Source: an uncultured delta proteobacterium
GTDB taxonomy: Bacteria > Desulfobacterota > Binatia > Binatales > Binataceae
Reading direction: 5' to 3'
Length of the DNA stretch: 64,000 nucleotides
Assembly: GCA_963842085.1 (NCBI GenBank)
Contig: CAWJET010000002.1
Span: 448,001 to 512,000, forward strand
The translations under genes and the position numbers were made by a program. Each line of letters opens with the position of its first letter. Within the stretch, counting starts at the first letter, position 1. The notes under the pieces are model-generated. The model worked only from the letters and a program-made list of their open reading frames with translations. It had not been told where the DNA came from and made no database searches. Shown one piece after another: positions 26,368 through 35,776 of the stretch.

Positions 26368-27701
26368 CCAGCCGCACCATCTTCGCACGACGGCTCTGGT
26401 GGCAAATCTGCGCTGTCGCCGCCCTGGTACTGCTCGGTGGATGCGCCTACTCGCTGGTCAACGGCGACCGGATCAACCCGCAACAGGCGGCAAAGATCGA
26501 GGCCGGCATCCAGGACATCCGCCAGCTTCGCTTCAAGCAGCCGGTGCCGCTCGTCGTCAAGACCCCGGACCAGGCCGAGGCTATGATGGAGGCCGAGCTG
26601 ATGCGCGACTACACCGATAACCAGCTCGAGGTTGACACCGTCGCCGGCGCGCTCACCGGTCTCTATCCGACGGGGCTCGATCTCAAGGCGGCGTCGCTCA
26701 AGCTGCTCAAGAGCCAGGTCGCGGGCTTTTACGATCCGCATGGCAAGGAAATGGTACTGGTCGAGGGTGGCGCCGATCTTGGTCTCTGGAACAGCGCCGC
26801 GCAATTCATGATTCAGCGCGACGTCGTCGGCGAGATGCTGCTCGCGCACGAGCTGACGCACGCCCTTCAGGATCAGAACTTCGACCTCGAATCGAGCCTC
26901 GACAAGGTGAAGGACGACGACGATCGCGGGCTGGCGCTCAAGTCGGTCGCGGAAGGCGACGCGACCATCGCCGGATTCGCGTACGCGGTCGGCCGCATGG
27001 ACGACAGCACGGCGGACGCGCTCGCCGACAATCTCAAGCAGCTCCCGCAGGCTCTGGCAGCCGAAGCGCCTAACACGCCCGAAGGCCTCAGCGCGCCGCT
27101 CCTGTTCCAGTATTCCGACGGTGTCCGCTTCGTCGCCGAGGCTTACCACCGCGGTGGATGGCCTGCGGTTGACGCGCTCTATCGCCACCCTCCGCAGTCC
27201 AGCCACCAGATTCTGCATCCCGCGCTCTACTTCGACAACAGCGCGCCTCAGCCGCGCATCGAGCTCGCCGGCTACGACCGAATCATGCGCGGATGGAAAA
27301 AAGCCGACGATGACACTTACGGCGAACTGCTCATCCGCGTGATCCTGGAGCGCAATCTCGGCAAACAGTCCACCGAACTCGGCCTCGCCTCGCGATGGAC
27401 CGCGGATCGCATGATCATCCTGCAGCAGAGCCGCGGGGTGAATGTGATCTGGATGCTCGCGTTTAGCGACCAGCAAACCGCCAGCCACTTTGCCGTCGTG
27501 TATCAGACCCTGCTCGATCGCCTGCTCGGCGACTCCACTCCGCATCGCATCGATACCCGTTCGAACGCGGTGCTGGTCGTCATCGGACAGGGCGCGGATT
27601 ATTTCGACACGCTCGCGCCCGCCATCTGGAACGCAAGCACGATCGAATCCGGCGGCGTTACCGCGCGCATCGAGCCGTCCGCCAATTCATTGATTCAATA
27701 G
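26364..27701 (+). CDS. lipoprotein, putative zincin metallopeptidase (HExxH)
   Basis: Lipobox LGGC, AGFYDP, LAHELTHALQDQ, EGDA. ATGA overlap with rlpA. Confidence 0.8.
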   Translation: MTSRTIFARRLWWQICAVAALVLLGGCAYSLVNGDRINPQQAAKIEAGIQDIRQLRFKQPVPLVVKTPDQAEAMMEAELMRDYTDNQLEVDTVAGALTGLYPTGLDLKAASLKLLKSQVAGFYDPHGKEMVLVEGGADLGLWNSAAQFMIQRDVVGEMLLAHELTHALQDQNFDLESSLDKVKDDDDRGLALKSVAEGDATIAGFAYAVGRMDDSTADALADNLKQLPQALAAEAPNTPEGLSAPLLFQYSDGVRFVAEAYHRGGWPAVDALYRHPPQSSHQILHPALYFDNSAPQPRIELAGYDRIMRGWKKADDDTYGELLIRVILERNLGKQSTELGLASRWTADRMIILQQSRGVNVIWMLAFSDQQTASHFAVVYQTLLDRLLGDSTPHRIDTRSNAVLVVIGQGADYFDTLAPAIWNASTIESGGVTARIEPSANSLIQ

Positions 27702-27710
27702 GGCGGCGCC

Positions 27711-29879
27711 CTACCCTACATCGCCGAGACTGAAACCGAGCGCCAGCATTTTACGCACCGCCGCGCGCGCTCCCTCCGATTCCCGGCTGGCCAACGACGG
27801 ATCGCGCGCGATCCACTCGTCCGCCAGCTTGCGCGCGCGTTCGATCGAGCGATGGTCGCGAATCAGATGCACGAACCGCAGCGGCAGCGCCCCGGTCTGG
27901 CGCGCGCCGAGCAAGTCGCCCGGACCGCGCAACCGCAGATCGGCCTCCGCGACTTCCGCGCCGGTTGTGCGATCGCGCATGACGGCCAGGCGCTCCTGCG
28001 CGGCACTGTCCGCGGTGCTCGACGCCACCAGGCAGCAGCGCGAGGGTTTCTCACCGCGCCCGACCCTGCCGCGCAGTTGATGCAATTGCGCAAGCCCATA
28101 GCGCTCTGCTGCGACCACCACAATTATCGTCGCCTCCGGCACGTCGATTCCGACTTCGACCACGGTAGTGCAGACCAGCACGTCGAGCGCGCCGTCGCGA
28201 AATTCGCGCATTGCGCGATCTTTTTCCGCCGCGCCCATCCTGCCGTGCATCGTGCCGATTCTTGCGCCGCGCAATGCCCCCCGCTTGAGGCGCGCCGCCG
28301 TGGCGGACACCGACCTGGCTTCGTCTTCGTCGCCGTCGATGAACGGCACGACGTAGTACGCGCGCCCGCCGCTATCGATCTCGGCGCGCACGATGTCGTG
28401 CACGCGCGGGATGTCGTCCTCGGTGTAAATCTCGGTCGCGATCGGCGTGCGCCCTGCCGGCAGCTCGTCGAGAAACGAGACGTCGAGGTTCGCGAACAGG
28501 CTCATCGCCAGACTTCTCGGAATCGGCGTTGCCGTCATCATCAGCAGATTCGCCCTCGGCCCCAAGGCCTTCATCTTTGCGCGATCGAAAACGCCGAATC
28601 GATGCTGCTCGTCGATCACGCCGAGCGCGAGTCCGCGCATTCGCACCCGCTCCTGTATCAGCGCATGCGTTCCGAACACCGCCCCGATTTCCCCGCTCGC
28701 AAGCCCCCGCAAGATCTGGTTGCGCGCCGCACCCGTCACGCTGCCGGTGAGTAGCGCGTGCCTTGCTCCAAGCGGCCCGCACGCGCGCGCGAATCCTCTA
28801 TAGTGCTGCTCAGCGAGCAGCTCCGTCGGCGCCATCATCGCCGCCTGATATCCACATTCGATTGCGCGAATCATCGCCCAGAACGCGACAATCGTCTTGC
28901 CGCTGCCCACGTCGCCCATCAGCATCCGGTTCATCTGGTTAGGCTGCGCGAGATCGGCGCCGATTTCTTCAATCGCGCGCGATTGCGATCCGGTCAGCGC
29001 AAAGGGCAGCTCATCGGTCATCCGTGCGCTAAGGCTTTGTGAGCCATCGAGCGCGATTCCAGCGCGGCGCGTGCTGCGCAGGCGTTCAATCGACAGTGCC
29101 AGCTCGAACGCGAACAATTCATCGAAGGCGAGCGCAAGATGACCGCGCGATTCGCCGTTCACCAATGCGTCGAAGTCGGCGTCGGGCGGCGGATCGTGAA
29201 GGTACCGCAACGCCTGGGGAACCGACGGTATCTCGCCGCGCAATCTTTCCGGCAATGCGCCCTGAATCGTATCGCTCACCTGGGCCAGCGCGCGCGCCAC
29301 CAAACTCGCGAACAGGCGCTGCCCGACAATTGAAGGCAAACGGTAAACCGGTCGAATCGCCTTGGGCTCACCGTCCGACAGCCGATGGACCTCCGGCTGC
29401 ACGAGCTCGATTCCGCCATCGGCCCCTGCCGCAACTCGCCCGCGGACCAATACGCGCTCGCCGCCTGGAAGATAACCGCGCATGTAAGCAGGCAGGTTGA
29501 ACCACACAACCCGGAGCCGCCGGCCGCCAGCGTCAAGCCATCCCGAAGCGAGCCGCCGCCACCGCGAGCCGCGCATGGGCCGCTCGGAAATCCTGCCCAG
29601 GGCGCCTTCCACGACGACGACGCTCCCAATGCGCAGATCTTTCGCTGACGAGCGCTCGCGCCAATCCTGGTAACGCACGGGCAAATGGAACACGAGATCA
29701 GCTGCACTGGCGATCCCGCGCGCTTGCAGAGCCGCCGCCCGCTTTGGCCCAATACCCGCCATCGCAGCAACCGGGCTGTCAATCCCGATCGCCCCGCCAT
29801 CCGATCCCGCGCCGATTACTTTACGGGAGAGGTTAGGTGAGGGTTCCGGGCTCATCGATGTGGAGCGTTGCCCTTCCAA
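27711..29879 (-). CDS. recG: ATP-dependent DNA helicase RecG
   Basis: GDVGSGKT, MAPTELLAEQH, DEQHRFG, MTATPIPRS, QLHQLRGRVGRG, DLRLRGPG. The exact start is uncertain. Confidence 0.96.
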   Translation of the reverse strand: MEGQRSTSMSPEPSPNLSRKVIGAGSDGGAIGIDSPVAAMAGIGPKRAAALQARGIASAADLVFHLPVRYQDWRERSSAKDLRIGSVVVVEGALGRISERPMRGSRWRRLASGWLDAGGRRLRVVWFNLPAYMRGYLPGGERVLVRGRVAAGADGGIELVQPEVHRLSDGEPKAIRPVYRLPSIVGQRLFASLVARALAQVSDTIQGALPERLRGEIPSVPQALRYLHDPPPDADFDALVNGESRGHLALAFDELFAFELALSIERLRSTRRAGIALDGSQSLSARMTDELPFALTGSQSRAIEEIGADLAQPNQMNRMLMGDVGSGKTIVAFWAMIRAIECGYQAAMMAPTELLAEQHYRGFARACGPLGARHALLTGSVTGAARNQILRGLASGEIGAVFGTHALIQERVRMRGLALGVIDEQHRFGVFDRAKMKALGPRANLLMMTATPIPRSLAMSLFANLDVSFLDELPAGRTPIATEIYTEDDIPRVHDIVRAEIDSGGRAYYVVPFIDGDEDEARSVSATAARLKRGALRGARIGTMHGRMGAAEKDRAMREFRDGALDVLVCTTVVEVGIDVPEATIIVVVAAERYGLAQLHQLRGRVGRGEKPSRCCLVASSTADSAAQERLAVMRDRTTGAEVAEADLRLRGPGDLLGARQTGALPLRFVHLIRDHRSIERARKLADEWIARDPSLASRESEGARAAVRKMLALGFSLGDVG

Positions 29880-29915
29880 ATGACCTCTCTTCGGCCGAAA
29901 GTCCTACCCTCTCCC
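29825..29915. repeat. short element bounded by 13-bp inverted repeats
   Basis: GGGAGAGGTTAGG (29825-29837) and CCTACCCTCTCCC (29903-29915) are 12/13 complementary. Confidence 0.55.
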
Positions 29916-29976
29916 CGGACAAGAAGAGATTAAGAGCCGGTGAAGTTGAGTGAATGCTCCGCGCGTGTGGGGGCCG

Positions 29977-32900
29977 CTACTCCCGATGATAATCCTGCAG
30001 CGCGCGCACCTCGAACGGTTGATGCTTCAGCGCGTAGATTCCCTCGACGGCAGCCTTCGCACCCGCCATCGTCGTGAAGTACGGCAGCCGAAGCTCCAGC
30101 GCCGTGCGCCGAATCGAGAACGAATCTTTCGTGCCGCTCGCGTCCGGCGTGTTGACGACCATCGCGACCCGCCCGTCCTTCATCGCGTCCACTATATGCG
30201 GGCTGCCTTCGAGCACCTTGTTGACGCGCTCGCACCTGAGCCCGAGATTTCGAATGTGAGTCGCGGTCCCGCGCGTCGCGATCAGCTCGAATCCCATCGC
30301 AACCAGCCCGCGCGCTATCGGCTCGAGGTAGCGCTTGTCTTCATCGCGGACGCTGATGAACACCAGCCCGGCGTCCGGCAGATTCGATGACGCCGCCAGC
30401 TCGGCCTTTGCAAACGCCATCGCAAAAGTCCTGTCGATGCCCATCACCTCGCCGGTCGATTTCATCTCCGGTCCCAGGATTGTGTCGACGCCCGGGAATC
30501 GCCCGAACGGAAACACCGACTCCTTGACCGCGACATGCGCCGGCACGCGCTCGGTCGTAAACCCGAGCTCGCTGAGCTTCTTCCCCGCCATTACAGTCGC
30601 CGCGTACTTGGCCAGCGGCACTCCGATCGCCTTGCTCACGAACGGAACCGTGCGCGACGCGCGTGGATTCACTTCCAGGATATAAACCTCGCCGCCATAA
30701 ATTGCGTACTGAATGTTAATCAGCCCGATCACGCCGAGTTCGCGCGCCAGCATCCTGGTCTGCGCGATCAGCTCCTGCTGCAGCGCGGCGCTCAGCGTCG
30801 TCGGCGGAAGCGCGCACGCGCTGTCACCCGAATGGATTCCGGCGTGCTCGACGTGCTCCATTATTCCGCCGACCACGACTGTGTCGCCGTCGGCGATCGC
30901 GTCCACATCGACTTCGATCGCGCCCTGCAGGTAGCGATCGATCAACAGCGGATGCCGCTCGGAGGCTTGCAGAGCCTGCGTCACGTATCGGCGCAGCTCC
31001 TCCTCGTTGGGAATCACTTCCATCGCGCGCCCGCCCAGCACGTACGACGGACGGATCAGCACTGGGTACCCAACCTTCGCCGCTCCCGCCACTGCGTCTT
31101 CGAGCCCGCGCGCGAGCACACCCTCGGGCTGCCTGAGCCCGAGTCGCGCGACCATCGCGTTAAATCGCTCGCGATCCTCCGCGCGATCGATCGCATCGGG
31201 ACTCGTCCCCAGTATCGGCACGCCCGCACGCGCCAGCGGCACCGCGAGCTTCAGCGGCGTCTGCCCGCCGAACTGCACGATCACGCCGACCGGCCGCTCG
31301 CGCTCGGCAATCGCCATCACGTCCTCGAACGTCAGCGGCTCGAAGTACAGGCGATCCGAGATGTCGTAATCGGTCGATACCGTCTCCGGGTTGCAGTTCA
31401 CCATGATCGTTTCGAAGCCGGCGTCCTTGAGCGCGATGCTCGCGTGGACGCAGCAGTAGTCGAACTCGATCCCCTGCCCTATCCGGTTCGGGCCGCCGCC
31501 CAGTATGATCACTTTCTTGCGTGCGGTCGGCGGCGCCTCGTCCTCTCCCTCGTAAGTCGAGTAGAGGTAAGGCGTGAACGCTTCGAACTCCGCGCCACAG
31601 GTGTCCACTGATTTGAAAACCGGTGTCACTCCCGCCTCGCGCCGCGCCGACGCCACGGCAGGTTCATCGATCCCGCGCAGCTCCGCGATTCGTCGATCGG
31701 AAAATCCCATCGGCTTGAACTCGCGGAAGTACGCCGTGCCAAGCGGCTCGCGCGCGACGCGCTTTTCCTCCTCGACCAGCTTTGCGACCGCGTCGATAAA
31801 CCACCGATCGATTTTGCTCAGCGCGTAAACTTCCGCCGGCGTGATCCCCAGCCGCAACGCGTCCGCCAGATGGTACAGCCGATGGCTGCTCGCGGTTGCA
31901 ACCTGCGCGCGAATCCGCGCCGCGTGAGCGCTCGACGGCTCTGCGAGCCCGCTCTCAAGCCCATGCGATCCGATTTCGAGCGAGCGCAGCGCCTTCTGCA
32001 GCGACTCCTTGAAGGTCCGCCCGATCGCCATCGCCTCGCCGACCGACTTCATCTGCGGGCCCAGCTCGTCGGCCGCGCCGCGAAACTTCTCGAACGCAAA
32101 GCGCGGAATCTTGGTCACCACATAGTCGATTGTCGGTTCGAAGCACGACGGCGTCATGCGCGTGATGTCGTTGGGTATCTCGTCGAGCCGGTAGCCGACC
32201 GCCAGCCGCGCCGCGATCTTGGCGATCGGAAAACCGGTCGCCTTCGACGCCAGCGCCGAGCTCCGCGACACGCGCGGGTTCATCTCGATCACGACCATCC
32301 GGCCCGTGTCGGGCTCGATCGCAAACTGGATATTCGAGCCGCCGGTGTCGACGCCGATTTCGCGGATGATCCGAATCGCCGCGTCGCGCATGAGCTGGTA
32401 CTCCTTGTCGGTCAGCGTCTGCGCGGGCGCGACCGTTATCGAATCGCCGGTATGCACGCCCATCGGATCCAGGTTCTCGATTGAGCAGATGATCACGACG
32501 TTGTCAGCCATGTCGCGCATCACCTCGAGCTCGAATTCTTTCCAGCCTTCGACCGATTGCTCGATCAGCACTTCATGGCTGGGCGACTGTTCGAGGCCAT
32601 GGGCCACCTTGGCGCGATAGTCGTCTAGTTCGCGCGCAATCGAGCCGCCGGTCCCGCCGAGGGTTCGCGACGGCCGAATGATCACCGGCAGGCCCAGCTC
32701 GCCCAGCACCCGCTCCGCGTCCGCCGCCGAACGCGCAATCGCGGAAAGCGGCACTTCGAGCCCGATTTTCAACATCGCCTGCTTGAACAGGTCGCGATCC
32801 TCGGCCTTCTTGATCGCGCCGAGCTTCGCGCCGATTAGTTCGCACTTGAATCGATCGAGCACGTCCGCCTCGGCCAGCTCGATCGCCAGGTTCAGCGCGG

Positions 32901-33180
32901 TCTGCCCGCCGACCGTCGGCAGAAGAGCGTCCGGACGCTCGCGCTCGATAATCTTGGTCAACACCGCCACGGTCATCGGCTCTATATAGGTGCGATCGGC
33001 CAGTTCCGGATCGGTCATTATCGTCGCCGGATTCGAATTGACGAGAATCAGGCGGAGCCCCTCTTCGCGCAGCGCCTTGACCGCCTGCGTGCCCGAGTAA
33101 TCGAACTCGCAGGCCTGCCCGATCACGATTGGCCCCGAGCCAATCAGCAACACCGATTTCAGATCTTTACGAAGCGGCAA
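29977..33180 (-). CDS. carB: carbamoyl-phosphate synthase large subunit
   Basis: [46 protein letters not shown] domain; 1067 aa. Confidence 0.98.
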   Translation of the reverse strand: MPLRKDLKSVLLIGSGPIVIGQACEFDYSGTQAVKALREEGLRLILVNSNPATIMTDPELADRTYIEPMTVAVLTKIIERERPDALLPTVGGQTALNLAIELAEADVLDRFKCELIGAKLGAIKKAEDRDLFKQAMLKIGLEVPLSAIARSAADAERVLGELGLPVIIRPSRTLGGTGGSIARELDDYRAKVAHGLEQSPSHEVLIEQSVEGWKEFELEVMRDMADNVVIICSIENLDPMGVHTGDSITVAPAQTLTDKEYQLMRDAAIRIIREIGVDTGGSNIQFAIEPDTGRMVVIEMNPRVSRSSALASKATGFPIAKIAARLAVGYRLDEIPNDITRMTPSCFEPTIDYVVTKIPRFAFEKFRGAADELGPQMKSVGEAMAIGRTFKESLQKALRSLEIGSHGLESGLAEPSSAHAARIRAQVATASSHRLYHLADALRLGITPAEVYALSKIDRWFIDAVAKLVEEEKRVAREPLGTAYFREFKPMGFSDRRIAELRGIDEPAVASARREAGVTPVFKSVDTCGAEFEAFTPYLYSTYEGEDEAPPTARKKVIILGGGPNRIGQGIEFDYCCVHASIALKDAGFETIMVNCNPETVSTDYDISDRLYFEPLTFEDVMAIAERERPVGVIVQFGGQTPLKLAVPLARAGVPILGTSPDAIDRAEDRERFNAMVARLGLRQPEGVLARGLEDAVAGAAKVGYPVLIRPSYVLGGRAMEVIPNEEELRRYVTQALQASERHPLLIDRYLQGAIEVDVDAIADGDTVVVGGIMEHVEHAGIHSGDSACALPPTTLSAALQQELIAQTRMLARELGVIGLINIQYAIYGGEVYILEVNPRASRTVPFVSKAIGVPLAKYAATVMAGKKLSELGFTTERVPAHVAVKESVFPFGRFPGVDTILGPEMKSTGEVMGIDRTFAMAFAKAELAASSNLPDAGLVFISVRDEDKRYLEPIARGLVAMGFELIATRGTATHIRNLGLRCERVNKVLEGSPHIVDAMKDGRVAMVVNTPDASGTKDSFSIRRTALELRLPYFTTMAGAKAAVEGIYALKHQPFEVRALQDYHRE

Positions 33181-33210
33181 GTTGGTGATCCCAGGATTTC
33201 GGATTTCTTG

Positions 33211-34410
33211 TCATGTCGTTTGCGCCGATGCCTCGGCCGCGATGATTCGCTCCAGCGCTTCGGCGCCATAACGCGGGAACGTATCGACCAGTTTCCGAAA
33301 TCGCGCAAACAGGTAGCTCGAATCGTGCGGTCCCGGCGATGCTTCGGGATGGTACTGCACGGAAAAGAAGGGCACTCCGGTTCCTTGCAGTCCTTCGACA
33401 GTGTTGTCGTTCAGGTTCAGATGCGAAAGCTTCGCGCGGCTTTTCAAGGACTCGTCATTGACCGCGAAGCCATGGTTTTGCGACGTGATCTCGACCCGCC
33501 GCGTGCGCAAATCCATCACCGGATGATTGGCGCCGTGATGGCCGAAGTCGAGCTTGTAGGTCTTGCCGCCCAGCGCCAGCCCCAACAACTGATGCCCCAG
33601 GCAGATGCCGAACACCGGCTTCTTGCCCAGAACGCCTGCGATGGCTCTGTAAGCGTACGGCAGCGCCGCAGGGTCGCCGGGTCCGTTGGATAGAAAAACG
33701 CCATCGGGATTGTGCGCGAGTATCTGCTCGGAGGTGGAAGCCGCCGGAATCACCTTGACGCGAAAGCCGGTCGCGACCAGCCGGTGCAAAATGTTGAGCT
33801 TGATTCCGTAGTCGAGCGCCACAATCGATGGCGCGTCGCGCATCGCTTCGTGGCTCGCGCGGACATGCCCGCGGCCCAATTTCCAATCACCGAAGTCCCA
33901 GTCGTAAGGCTTGTCGGAGGTAACCTCTTTCACAAGATCGCGGCCGACTAACCCGGGCGACGCCTTGGCCTTGCGCACCAACGAGTCGGCGTCCAGGTCG
34001 ATGCTCGAGATCACCGCCTCCTGCGCACCGCGCGTGCGCAAGTGTCGCACCAGCGCGCGCGTGTCGATACCCTCAACGCCGACCACGCCGGCGGCTTCCA
34101 GGTACTTTCCAAGCGGCATCTCCGAGCGCCAGTTCGACGGCCGTTCCCAATATTCCTTGACGATGAAGCCTTCGACGTACACGCGCCGCGACTCCGCGTC
34201 CTCGGCGTTGATTCCGACGTTACCGATTTCCGGGTAAGTCATGCAGACCAGTTGGCCCTTGTACGACGGGTCGGTCAGCACTTCCTGGTATCCGGTCATC
34301 GCGGTGTTGAACACCGCTTCGCCCACGGCCTCGCCCACCGCGCCGAATGCGCGGCCGCGGAAAATTCGACCGTCGGCCAGCGCCAGTATCGCTTCGCGCC
34401 CCTTGCTCAT
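33211..34410 (-). CDS. carA: carbamoyl-phosphate synthase small subunit
   Basis: FNTAMTGYQE.LTDPSY.GQ, SNGPGDP, GICLGHQ, QYHPEASPGP. Start placed at MSKG. Confidence 0.97.
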   Translation of the reverse strand: MSKGREAILALADGRIFRGRAFGAVGEAVGEAVFNTAMTGYQEVLTDPSYKGQLVCMTYPEIGNVGINAEDAESRRVYVEGFIVKEYWERPSNWRSEMPLGKYLEAAGVVGVEGIDTRALVRHLRTRGAQEAVISSIDLDADSLVRKAKASPGLVGRDLVKEVTSDKPYDWDFGDWKLGRGHVRASHEAMRDAPSIVALDYGIKLNILHRLVATGFRVKVIPAASTSEQILAHNPDGVFLSNGPGDPAALPYAYRAIAGVLGKKPVFGICLGHQLLGLALGGKTYKLDFGHHGANHPVMDLRTRRVEITSQNHGFAVNDESLKSRAKLSHLNLNDNTVEGLQGTGVPFFSVQYHPEASPGPHDSSYLFARFRKLVDTFPRYGAEALERIIAAEASAQTT

Positions 34411-34417
34411 CGCTCCG

Positions 34418-35776
34418 CTACGCCTTTCTCCCGTCGTAAACGATCTCGCCCGCAACCATAGTCAGCAGCGCCTTGCCCTTCAGCCGCATCCCAGCGAACG
34501 GAGTGTTACGGCTCTTTGACAGGAATTTTTCCGGCGCAACCGTCCACTCGAGATTGGGATCGATCACCGTGATGTCCGCGAGCGCACCCTCCGCGAGCGT
34601 CCCGGCCTCCAGCCGCAGCAAGGCCGCCGGATTGACCGACATCATCTGAACCAGCCGGGCCGGTTCGATCAACGATCGATGCACCAACTCGAGCGCCAGT
34701 CCGAGCGACGTCTCAAGCCCCACGACTCCGTTTGCGGCGTGCGCGAATATCTCCGCGGTGTCGTGCTCGAGGCGCGCCGCCACGTGCCCGGGGCCGAAAA
34801 ACGCGGCAAGCTGCTCCATCCGCTTGGACTTTGGATCATGCGGTGCATGGTCGCTCGCGATCATGTCGATAGTGCCGTCGCAAATCGCAGCGTGGAGCGC
34901 TTCCACATCGTCGCGACTCCGCAGCGGAGGATTCATCTTCGCGTTCGGTCCCCAGGTAATCGCGGCGCTTTCGTCCAGCGTGAAATGGTGCGGCGCCGCT
35001 TCACAGGTGACCTGCGCGCCATGCCGCCGCGCGGCGCGGATCAGTTCGAGCGACTCGGCCGTGGACACGTGGCACACATGAACCGCCGCACCCGAGCCAA
35101 TCGCAATCGCGAGGTCGCGGCGCACGCGCTCCGACTCGGCCGAATCGGTATAGCCGCTGACGCCCAGATGTTCTGCTATCGCGCCTGCGTTCAACGCTCC
35201 ATTGCATGACAGCGCGCGATCCTCTTCGTGCAGCGCAACTGCGTAGCCGAGCCGCCTGGTTTCGTCCAATGCGCGCGACAGTACCATCGCATCGTCGATG
35301 GGAATTCCGTCGTCCGAGAACAATCGCGCACCCGCATCGACCATCGCGGCGAAATCAACCGGCTCAGTTCCGCGGAGGCCTTGCGTGACGGCGGAGACTG
35401 GCACCATCCGCGCCGAGTGAGCATCTTTGGCGCGCTCGAGCATGTAGCGTGTAATCGCGGGGTTGTCGTTCACGGGTGACGTGTTCGCCATTGCTGCGAC
35501 AGTAGTGAAGCCGCCTGCCGCCGCGGCCCGCAGGCCCGTCAGGATCGTTTCCTTTTCGGGGAAACCGGGATCGCGCAGATGTACGTGCGGATCGATCAGG
35601 CCAGGCACGATCCAGCATCCACTCACGTCGACTAGGGTTACCGCCTGCAAATTTATCCCGGTCCGGTCGCTTTCGAGCGCTGCGATTTTGCCGTCGCGCA
35701 CCAACACTTCAAAAAATCCGTCGAGCGCCCTCGCCGGATCGATTACCCGGCCTCCTCTGAACAGGATCGAGTTCAA
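34418..35776 (-). CDS. pyrC: dihydroorotase (type I)
   Basis: DPHVHLRDPG, AAGGFTT, FSDDG, CHVS, KMNPPLR, SDHAPH, SKSRNTPF. Confidence 0.95.
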   Translation of the reverse strand: MNSILFRGGRVIDPARALDGFFEVLVRDGKIAALESDRTGINLQAVTLVDVSGCWIVPGLIDPHVHLRDPGFPEKETILTGLRAAAAGGFTTVAAMANTSPVNDNPAITRYMLERAKDAHSARMVPVSAVTQGLRGTEPVDFAAMVDAGARLFSDDGIPIDDAMVLSRALDETRRLGYAVALHEEDRALSCNGALNAGAIAEHLGVSGYTDSAESERVRRDLAIAIGSGAAVHVCHVSTAESLELIRAARRHGAQVTCEAAPHHFTLDESAAITWGPNAKMNPPLRSRDDVEALHAAICDGTIDMIASDHAPHDPKSKRMEQLAAFFGPGHVAARLEHDTAEIFAHAANGVVGLETSLGLALELVHRSLIEPARLVQMMSVNPAALLRLEAGTLAEGALADITVIDPNLEWTVAPEKFLSKSRNTPFAGMRLKGKALLTMVAGEIVYDGRKA

